This document shows positions 1-9,300 of a stretch of 52,197 nt of DNA, piece by piece. The notes under the pieces are model-generated. The model was not told where the DNA came from. It did no database searches and saw nothing but the letters and a program-made list of their open reading frames with translations. How positions within the stretch are numbered: position 1 is the stretch's first letter; each line of letters begins with the position of its first letter. This stretch comes from Thermoanaerobaculia bacterium (GTDB lineage: Bacteria > Acidobacteriota > Thermoanaerobaculia > Multivoradales > UBA5704): positions 1-52,197 of the forward strand of contig JASLEW010000394.1 of NCBI GenBank assembly GCA_030150965.1, given 5' to 3'. A program made the position numbers and the translations under genes.

Positions 1-1
1 G

Positions 2-1693
2 GCCGGCAGGGATGCCGCCGGCGCGGACGGCGGCGCCCCGGGTGCGGGAGCCGAGGCCCGCGGGGCCGGCGCCGCCGCCGGGCGCCTCTTCGGCACCGAC
101 GGCATCCGCGCCCGCTTCGGCGAGCCGCCGCTGGTTCGGGCCACGGTCACGGCGCTCGGCCGGCAGCTGGCGGTGATGCTGCGCGAGGAGGCGGCGAAGG
201 CGCTGGCTCCAGCGGTGCCGCGGGCCGAGGTGCCGGAGCCGGTGGTGGTCCTGGGCGGCGACACGCGGGAGAGCACGCCGGTCCTCTGCCGGTGGTTGGC
301 GGAGGGGCTGACCGCCGGCGATGCGGTGGTGCGGTACGCCGGCGTGATCCCGACCCCCGGCGTCTCCTTCCTCACGGCGCGGCTGGGCGCCGCCGCCGGG
401 ATCGTGGTCTCGGCCAGCCACAACCCCTATCCCGACAACGGCATCAAGCTGCTCGACGGCAAGGGCTGCAAGTGGAGCGATGCCGCCGAGCTGGAGATGG
501 AGCGGCGGCTGCGGGAGGCAGGCGGCGGCGCGGCGGCGATGGGGGGAATGCCGGGGATGCCGGGGATGCCGGCGGCGCCCGAGGCCCCGGCGGTCGAGGG
601 AGTGCCTTCGATGCCGGCGATGCAGGAGGTGCCGCCAGCGTCGATGGTGCACGAAGGGCGGGCGATGCCGGCGGAAGGCGATGCGGGCAGCCCTGCCGTC
701 GAGACCGCGCTGCGCGATCTCTACCTGCGGCACCTGGCGGACTCGGCGGCGGCCGAGGTGGCGGTGGCCGGCGCCACCGAGGGCCTGCTGCAGGCGCCCG
801 CGCCGGGGGCATCGGGCCAGGCGGACAGGCTGGCGACGCCGGCCCTGCCGCTCGCCGGCCTGCGCGTGGTGCTCGACGCCGGCAACGGCGCCGCCTCCGG
901 CTATGCCGGGGAGCTGTTCGCCGGCCTCGGGGCGGAGGTGACCCTGCTCAGCGCGTCGCCCAACGGGCGCAACGTCAACCTGGCCTGCGGCTCGACCGCC
1001 CCGGAGCGGATGGCGGCGGCGGTCGCCGCCGCCGGCGCCCACCTGGGAGCGGCCTTCGACGGCGACGCCGACCGCTGCATCCTCGCCGACGAGCGCGGCG
1101 AGGTGCGCGACGGCGACGCCATCCTGTACCTCTGGGCCACGAGCCTGCAGCGGGCCGGCCACCTGGAGCCGCCCGCGATCGTCGCCACCTCGATGAGCAA
1201 CCTCGGGCTGGAGCGCGCCCTGGCCCGCAGCGGCATCGCCGTCGTGCGCTGCGACGTGGGCGACCGCGCGGTGGTCGAGGAGATGGCCCGCCGGGGGATC
1301 CGCCTCGGCGGCGAGCAGTCGGGCCACATCGTCTGCCGCGACCTGGCGGCGACCGGCGACGGTCTCCTGACCGCCGTGCAGATGGCGGCCATCGTGCAGC
1401 GCACCGGCCGCCCGCTCTCGGAGCTGTTGTCCGGCTTCCGCCGCTACCCCCAGACCCTCATCAACGTGCGGGTGGCGCGCAAACCCGATCTCGCCACCCT
1501 GCCGCGAGTCGCCGCCGCCGCCCGGGCCGTGGAGGACGAGCTGGGAGCGGACGGCCGCCTGGTGCTGCGCTACAGCGGTACCGAGCCGCTGGCCCGGGTG
1601 ATGATCGAAGGCCCCGACCAGAGCACGATCGACACCCTGGCCGGCCGGCTCGCGGCGGCGCTGAGCGAGGAGATCGGGGCGGCGGCGCCTTAG
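2..1693 (+). CDS. glmM: Phosphoglucosamine mutase GlmM; the 5' end runs off the window; carries Met/Pro/Ala/Gly-rich insertions
   Basis: The frame of track ORF 173..1693 stays open back to nt 2. It encodes LFGTDGIRARFGE (nt ~86-121), the canonical GlmM N-terminus, upstream of the first ATG and with no in-frame start codon. Also present: phosphoserine loop SASHNPYPDNGIKLL, GEQSGH, and RYSGTEPLARVMIEG near the C-terminus. Confidence 0.85.
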   Translation, partial: AGRDAAGADGGAPGAGAEARGAGAAAGRLFGTDGIRARFGEPPLVRATVTALGRQLAVMLREEAAKALAPAVPRAEVPEPVVVLGGDTRESTPVLCRWLAEGLTAGDAVVRYAGVIPTPGVSFLTARLGAAAGIVVSASHNPYPDNGIKLLDGKGCKWSDAAELEMERRLREAGGGAAAMGGMPGMPGMPAAPEAPAVEGVPSMPAMQEVPPASMVHEGRAMPAEGDAGSPAVETALRDLYLRHLADSAAAEVAVAGATEGLLQAPAPGASGQADRLATPALPLAGLRVVLDAGNGAASGYAGELFAGLGAEVTLLSASPNGRNVNLACGSTAPERMAAAVAAAGAHLGAAFDGDADRCILADERGEVRDGDAILYLWATSLQRAGHLEPPAIVATSMSNLGLERALARSGIAVVRCDVGDRAVVEEMARRGIRLGGEQSGHIVCRDLAATGDGLLTAVQMAAIVQRTGRPLSELLSGFRRYPQTLINVRVARKPDLATLPRVAAAARAVEDELGADGRLVLRYSGTEPLARVMIEGPDQSTIDTLAGRLAAALSEEIGAAAP

Positions 1694-2010
1694 TCAATGC
1701 CTGCCGCACCGCGGTTGGCCTTGACCCGCTGGTCCCGCTTGCCGATCTCGACTCCCGTCGTCTCGCGCAGCTCCAGCTCTCGCTTGGCCGTGGAATATCG
1801 AAAGATAGGCGCTGTAAGACCGTTGTATTGATTGAGCCGCGCTGAGGAAGAGCCGCACCCTCGTGGGATGGGGAGGGAGCCTGGAGCGATCGCCCGCCGT
1901 CACCGGTTCTTCTTCCGAATTTGGAAGAACTGTCCCGTTCAGAGCTTACCGCACACCTAAAGGGGAGAAAGCTTGCGCTCATCCATCGGGCGCTAGTTTG
2001 GAGTGTGCCG

Positions 2011-3339
2011 ATGAAGAGCCGCGGTATGGCAGCGTTCCTCGCCGTCTTGGCGGGGCAGGTGGTCTCCGCTCTGGGAACCGGTCTTAGCGGGTTCGCCCTC
2101 GGGGTGTGGGTATACCAGCGGACGGGCTCGGCGACACGGTTCGCCCTCATCACCTTGGTGACGACGCTGCCCGGCATTCTCCTGTCACCGATCGCGGGCG
2201 CGCTGGTGGACCGCTGGGACCGCCGCCGGGTGATGATCCTGAGCAACGTGGGCGCGGGGTGCACCACCCTGATCCTCGCGCTCCTGTTCTGGTACGACCG
2301 GCTGGAGCTCTGGCACATCTACCTCCTCCTGGCTCTCGGCTCGGCGTTCGGCACCCTTCAGTGGCCGGCCTTTTCCGCGGCAACGACCCTGCTCGTCCCC
2401 AAGGAGCACCTCGGGCGCGCCGCCGGCCTGACGCAGGCGGGGACAGCGGTCTCCGCGATCCTGGCCCCGGTGCTCGCCGGCGTTCTGGTGGTGAGGATCG
2501 GGCTCCAAGGGATCGTGCTCATCGACTTCGCGAGCTTCCTCGTAGCGATGGCTACTCTCCTGTGCGTCCAAGTGCCGCGCGCCGAGGTCACGGCGGAGGG
2601 ACTGGCGACCCGCGGCTCGCTACTGCGCGAGGCCGCATCGGGATGGTCGTACATCCGCCAGCGGCCGGGCCTCCTGTCGCTGCTGGGTCTGATCGCCGCG
2701 AGCAACTTCAGCGTGGGGATGATGCAGGTCCTGGTGACTCCGATGATCCTCTCCTTCACCTCGGCCGCCGTGCTGGGCCGCGTGCTGTCGGTGGCCGGGG
2801 CCGGCATGCTCGCCGGCAGTCTGCTGATAAGTGTGTGGGGCGGGCCCTCGCGGCGGGTCTTGGGCATCCTCGGCTTCATGATGCTTCAGGGCGCCATCCT
2901 CTTGGCTGGAGGGCTGTGGCCCAGCGCGATGCTCATTGCTGCGGCGGGGTTCGTGTTCCTGTTCACCGTGCCGATCATCCTCGGCTGCAGCCAGGCCCTC
3001 TGGCAGTCCAAGGTCGCGCCGGACCTGCAGGGACGGGTGTTCGCGGTGCGCAGGATGGTGGCCTGGTCGACCCTGCCGCTGAGCTACCTCATCACCGGGC
3101 CTCTGACGGACCGGGTCTTCGAGCCGCTGCTCGCGGTGAACGGCCCTCTCTCGGGCAGCGTCGGACGGCTCATCGGAGTGGGGAAGGGGCGGGGGAGCGC
3201 CCTGCTCCTCATCCTCCTCGGGATACTCGTCATGCTGACGGTCGCGGCGTTCTCCCGGTACTCCCGGCTGCGGCAGCTCGAGTCGGAGCTGCCGGACGTG
3301 CTACCGGAAACGTGGCTGGATCCAGTGGCGCAGACATAA
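2011..3339 (+). CDS. MFS transporter (EntS/MFS_3-like, 12-TM exporter type), first gene of the NRPS-PKS operon
   Basis: From ATG 2011: MKSRGMAAFLAVLAGQVVSALGTGLSGFALGVWVYQRTG...LPGILLSPIAGALVDRWDRRRVMI, the typical N-terminus of the enterobactin-exporter-like MFS family. Hydrophobic helices continue throughout. The gene ends 60 nt before the NRPS start. The track start at 1921 is a TTG-initiated extension without membrane character. Confidence 0.75.
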   Translation: MKSRGMAAFLAVLAGQVVSALGTGLSGFALGVWVYQRTGSATRFALITLVTTLPGILLSPIAGALVDRWDRRRVMILSNVGAGCTTLILALLFWYDRLELWHIYLLLALGSAFGTLQWPAFSAATTLLVPKEHLGRAAGLTQAGTAVSAILAPVLAGVLVVRIGLQGIVLIDFASFLVAMATLLCVQVPRAEVTAEGLATRGSLLREAASGWSYIRQRPGLLSLLGLIAASNFSVGMMQVLVTPMILSFTSAAVLGRVLSVAGAGMLAGSLLISVWGGPSRRVLGILGFMMLQGAILLAGGLWPSAMLIAAAGFVFLFTVPIILGCSQALWQSKVAPDLQGRVFAVRRMVAWSTLPLSYLITGPLTDRVFEPLLAVNGPLSGSVGRLIGVGKGRGSALLLILLGILVMLTVAAFSRYSRLRQLESELPDVLPETWLDPVAQT

Positions 3340-3398
3340 CAAAATCTTAGCATCTAAAGCGGTTGCCATGATGGAGGACACGCAGGGTAGGCCTTGCC

Positions 3399-6300
3399 AT
3401 GCGGCCCAATAGCCTGACTGAGATCCTTCGAGCTCGCGGCACGGAGTGTGCCAGCCGGCGTGCCTTCCTTTTCCTCGACAACCAGGGGAACGAAGCCGCG
3501 GAGCTGAGCCTCGGCGAGATGGACCGGCGCTTCGATCCGGCTGCCATCCGAGCGCTCGTCGCCGCGGAGGCCGCGCGCGTCCTCGGTCTCGACCCCGGAA
3601 GGCTGAAGCCGGACTGCCCCCTCTCCGCGCTCGGACTGGACTCGCTGGCCGCTGTCGAGCTCAAGGCGGGACTGGAAGAGAAATCCGGTGTCTCCGTGTC
3701 GCTCACCCAGCTGCTCTCCGGGGCGAGCCTCGCGTCCGTCGCGGCGGAGGTGCTGGCGGGATCGGCGGTGCCGCGCCAGGTGCCGGAGTTGGAGATCGGG
3801 GCTCCTCTCGGCGACCATCCCCTCTCGGCAGGGCAGGAGGCTCTCTGGTTCTCCGACCGGCTGGCTCCGGAGGCCGCCGCTTACAATGTGGCGACGGCCG
3901 TCCACGTCGAGGGGGGACTCGACCCGGAAGCCCTGGGGCGCTCCCTCCAGGCTCTGGCCGACCGCCATCCGGCCCTGCGGACCACTTTCTTCTCTCAGCT
4001 CGGCGAGCCGCGCCAGATCGTTCACCAGCGCCTCGCCGTGGATTTCCGCGTCGAGCCATCGGGGTCGAAGGGGTCGGAGATCCCGCTCGTGGCCGAGGCC
4101 TACCGCCCATTCGATCTCGAAAACGAGTCTCTTCTACGGGTCCGGGTCTGGCCTCTGGAGGGCGGCGGCTGGCTCTTGCTCCTCGTCGTACACCATCTGG
4201 TGACCGATTTCTGGTCGCTCGGCCTCTTCGCCCGGGAGCTTGCAGCGCTCTATGGCGAGGCGACCGGCCAGGGAGCGGCGCGGCTCGCACCCCTGCAGCT
4301 CGGCTACACCGACTACGTCCGCTGGCAGGGCAACCTTCTTGCCGGGGAGCAAGGTGAGCGGCTCTGGGAGCACTGGCGCCAACAGCTCTCGGGAGATCTT
4401 CCCGTGCTGGAGCTGGTGACGGACCGTCCCCGTCCCGCCGTCCAGACATATATCGGCCTCTCCCGCGGCCTGCGCCTCGCGCCCGAGCTTGCGGACCGGC
4501 TGCGGGCGCTCAGCCTGGCTTCGGGAACGACGCTCTTCGTCACCCTTCTGGCCGGGTTCCAGGCTCTCCTTGGCCGTTGCACCGGACAGGATGAGGTCGT
4601 GATCGGCTCCCCCACGGCGGGCCGGGACGCCGCGCCCTTCCTGGGGGTGATGGGCTACTTCGTCAACCCGGTGGCGCTCCGCCTCTCCAGCGCAGGCGAT
4701 CCTGCCTGGCGCGATCTCCTGTCGTTTGCCAAGGCGGTTTGTCTCGCCGCATTCGAGCACCGGGATCTCCCCTTTGCCATCCTGGCCGAGCGGCTCCATC
4801 CCGAGCGGGACCCCAGCCGTTCCCCGGTTTTCCAGACGCTCTTCGCGCTCCACAAGGCGCAGCGGCCGGAGGAGAGGAGCCTGGCGGAGCTCGCCGCGGG
4901 AATAGGGAGGGCCCGGGTCACCCTGTCGGACCTCGAGCTCCTTGCCGTCCCCCTCGAGGAGTGCCGCTCTCCCTTCGACCTCACGTTGACGGCCGCCGAT
5001 GCCGAGGCGGGCCTCCCGATCGTCCTGCAGGTCAACCGCGACCTCTTCGATCCCGCTACGGCGGAACGCCTGGTGCGGGCTCTCGAGAATCTGCTGTACG
5101 CCCTGACCGAGGATCCCGATGCCCGAGTCTCCGCGGCCGAGATGCTCGGGGACGCGGAGCGCCGGCAACTCGCGGCCTGGAGCTGCACCACGGTCGAGCT
5201 GCCGCGCGGCCTCTGCCTGCCGGACCTCTTCGCCGCGCAAGCGGAGCGCACTCCGGAGCGAGAGGCCCTCGTCGCCGGCGGTGAGCATCTCACCTACCGA
5301 GAGCTGGGCCGTCGGGTGGAGATCCTGGGGCGGAGGCTTCGCCTCCTCGGCGTCGGACCGGAGAGCCGGGTCGGGGTCTCCGCCGGCCGATCGGCCGATC
5401 TGGTCGTCGCGCTTCTCGCGGTCCTGCGGGCAGGCGGCGCCTACGTGCCGCTCGACCCCATTCAGCCCACCGAGCGGCTCGCCTGGATGCTGCAGGACTC
5501 CGGGGCGAAGGTGTTGCTCGTCGAGGAGCGCCTCGCTCCAGGCCTGCTGGCAGCCGGGGTGCCCGCACACTGCCGCATCGTCTTGCTCGACCGCGTCGCG
5601 GACCTCAGCAGAGCCGAGGAGGGGATCCAGGGACGGCAAGATCCCATACTGCCCGGAAATCTCGCCTACCTGATCTATACCTCGGGATCCACGGGACGGC
5701 CGAAGGGAGTGGCGATCGAGCACCGGAGCGCGGTGACGCTCGTACAGTGGGCGCGGCAGGTCTTCACGGACGCCGAGCTGTCCGGGGTCCTCGCCGCCAC
5801 CTCGATCGGCTTCGACCTCTCGGTCTTCGAGCTTTTCGTACCCCTTTGCTGGGGTGGGCGGGTGATCCTGGCCGAGAATGCCCTGGCCCTCCCCGGACTG
5901 CCCGCGGCGGCAGAGGTGCGGCTGGTCAACACCGTGCCTTCGGTCCTCGCCGAGCTGGTCCGCGGGGAGGACGGGCTGGAGCTGCCGGGTTCGGTCACCA
6001 CCATCAACCTGGCCGGAGAGCCCCTGCCGCGCTCCCTGGTGCGGGCCATCCACGAGAAACACCCGGCGGCGCGGGTGCTCAACCTCTACGGCCCTTCCGA
6101 GGACACGACCTACTCGACGTTCGCCGTGGTCTCGCCGGACGGAGAGCTGCCGCCGGCCATCGGCCGGCCGATCGCCAACACCCAGGCCCATGTGCTGGAC
6201 CGGGCCAGACGCCAGGTGCCGGCCGGCATGCGGGGCGAGCTTCATCTCGGCGGAGAGGGTCTGGCGCGGGGCTACCATGGGCGGCCGGATCTCACGGCGG

Positions 6301-9300
6301 AGCGGTTCGTCCCGGACCCGTTCGCGACGGGAGCGCGGCTCTACAGGACCGGGGACCTGGCCCGCTGGCGGCCGGACAGGGAGCTCGAGTTCCTCGGCCG
6401 CATCGATCATCAGGTGAAGATCCGCGGCGTCCGCATCGAGCCGGCGGAAGTGGAATCGGCGCTGCTCTCGCGGCCGGGAGTGCGCGAGGCGGTGGTCCTG
6501 CCGCAGGGAGAGGGGAGCGACCGGCGCCTCATCGCCTATGTCGTCGCCGAGGCCGGTGCGGAGCTGGAGGGGGACGCCCTCCGCGAGTCGCTCCTCGGGC
6601 TCCTGCCGCGGGCCATGGTGCCCGCGGCGATCATGCCGGTCCCCGGCCTGCCGCTCACTCCGAACGGCAAGCTGGACCGCCGCGTCCTGGCGCGGCTCGC
6701 CCCGGAGCCATCGGCAGGTGCAGGAGCGGAGCCCGCGGCGCCGCGCTCACCGGTGGAGGAGCTGCTCGCCGGCATCTGGGCGGAGGTCCTCGGGGTCGAG
6801 CGGGTAGGGGCGGGAGACGACTTCTTCGCGCTCGGCGGGCATTCCCTTCTCGCTCTGCGCGTCCAGGCCCGGGTGCGCGAACGGCTCGGCGCCGAGCTGC
6901 CGCTCTCCGTGTTCTTTCAGCATCCCACGCTGGCAGCGCAGGCGCGGCGGCTCGCCGCCCGCAAGGTGGACGACCGCCCGCCGCTTCGTCCGTCGCCGCG
7001 GGAGCGGACCGTTTTTCCTCTCTCCTTCGCTCAGGAACGCGTCTGGTTCCTCGAGCGGCTCGAGCCGGGCACCGCGGTCTATCACATGGCCGGCAGCACC
7101 CGCCTGACCGGCCCACTCGATCTCGCGGCGTTACGCCGCGCGCTTTGCGAGCTCGAGGGGCGGCACGACGCCCTCCGCGCCCGGTTCCGGGAAGTAGACG
7201 AGATCCCGGTCCAGGAGATCGCCCCTGCGGAGCTGGACGGTCCGGAGTTGCTGGTCGTGTGCCTCGGGGGGTTGGAACCGGCGGTGCAGGAAGCCGAGGC
7301 GGAGCGTCTCACCAGCGACGAAGCCCAGCGCCCCTTCGATCTGGAGAACGGGCCGCCGTGGCGGCTCCTTCTCCTGCGCCGGGATCGCTGCCTTCACGAG
7401 CTCCTCATCACTCTGCACCACATCGCCGCCGATGAGGAATCGCTGGTGATCCTGGCGCGGGAGCTGGGCGCGCTCTATGCCGGCTTCCACAAGGGAAGGC
7501 CTCCCAGGTTGCCGGAGTTGCCGCTGCGCTCCGTTGACTTTGCCCTGTGGCAGAGGGAAGGGCTGGTTGGCGAGGTGCTGGAGAAGCGGCTCGCCTGGTG
7601 GCGGGAACAGCTGGCCGATCTCCCCGTCATCGAGGTGGCGGCCGACCGTCCTCGTACTGAGGCGCGGAGCTCCCGTGGAGATGTGGTCACCACCGTTCTC
7701 TCGCCGGCCCTCGCCGATGCCCTCGCTGCGCTGGGCCGCCGGGAGGGTGTCACGCTGTTCATGATGCTCCTCGCCGGCTTCCAGGTCATCCTGGAGCGGA
7801 TCGCTGGCGAGCCGGAGGTGCCGGTCGGCTGTCCGGTCGCCAACCGCGACCGCGAGCCGCTGCTCTCGGTGATCGGTTTCCTGGTCAACACCCTGGTCCT
7901 CCGAGCGAGCAGCACAGCGGCCCCAAGCTTCGGCGGATTCCTGCGGCGGGTGCGGGAGGTCACCGTCGAGACCTTCGAGCATGGTGATGTCCCGTTCGAG
8001 CTGCTGGTCCAAGCGCTCCAACCGGAACGGGCTCTCGGCCGCAACCCGCTCTTCGAGGTGGCCTTCGCGCTCCAGCGGCCACCCCGTGGCTGGCAGCTCG
8101 ACGATCTCGCCTTCGCGCCTCGGATCGTGCCGACCAGGACGGCCAAGTTCGCCCTCACCCTGTTCGGCATCGCAGAGGAGGGGAAGCTCTCGCTTCTCCT
8201 CGAGTACGCGACGGACCTCTTCGACCGGCCGACCCCGGCGCGCCTGCTGGGTTATCTCGAGACGCTGCTCGCCGCGGCGGCCGCGGAGCCTGCGCGCCCA
8301 CTCGCCGAGATCCCCTTGCTCGCTCCGGCGGAGCAGCAGGCGCTGATCCATCGTCCGGGAGCACGGCTCCTGCGCAAGGTGGCGAGGGCGCGCTTCCCGG
8401 AGAGTCCCGGGGGGGATGGGCCGCGCGTCCCGGCCGCTCCGCGGACTCCCACCGAGGAGCGGCTGGTCGAGGTCTGGGCCGGTGTGCTGGAACGCGGGCA
8501 GGTGTCGATCCACGACGACTTCTTCAGCCTCGGTGGTCATTCGCTCCTGGCCTCTCGGGTCGTGGCACGGATCCGCAAGTCCCTGGGCGTCGACCTGCCG
8601 CTCTCGATCCTCTTCACCTGTCCGACCATCGCGCGACTGGCCGCCGAGGTCGACCGCGCGCGCCGCGCCTCGGATGCGGGCGTGACGGAGGTAGAGCGGG
8701 TGCCGACACCCCTCGCCTGCCGCTGGGAGGACGGCTCCGCCCCACCGCTTTCTTTTGCCCAGGAGCAGCTCTGGTTCATCGACCAGCTGGAGCCGGGGAG
8801 CCCGGTTTACAACCTATCCACCGCCGTATGCCTCGATGGGGCTCTCGACCGCAATGCCCTGCGCAGGGCTCTGGCCCAGGTCGTCGAGCGCCACACGGTC
8901 CTCCGCACGACCTTTCGCGCCTTCGCGGGGCGACCGGTCCAGGTCGTGGCGCCGCATTTCCTCCCCATCCTGCACGAGATCGATCTCCTGGATCTCGCTC
9001 CCGGAGTGCGGCAGGACGAGGCGGCGCGCCATGTGGCGGCCTGGGCGCTCGCCCCCTTCGACCTTGCCGCAGGCCCCCTCTTCCGCGCCGCTTTGCTGCG
9101 GCTGGGCGAGAGCAGCCACCTCCTGCTTGTCACCTTCCATCACTCCATCGCCGATGGCTGGTCGTTGCGTATCTTCTATGAAGAGCTCGGGGCGCTCTAC
9201 GCGGCAGTCCATGGGGAGGTGCCGGTCCTCCCGGCGCTGCCGATCCAATACGCCGACTTCGCCGCCTGGCAGCGTGAGCGGCTTCGCGGCGGCGTGCTCA

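Noticed and set aside
548-574. Short tandem repeat ATGCCGGGG x3, considered as a CRISPR or VNTR-like array
   Set aside because: There are only three 9-bp units with no spacers, in frame inside glmM. It is a coding microsatellite, not a CRISPR. It is reported only as part of the GlmM insertion.
1921-2010. TTG-initiated start of the MFS ORF at 1921
   Set aside because: The 30 extra residues are hydrophilic and overlap the leader hairpin. The family-typical N-terminus begins at ATG 2011.
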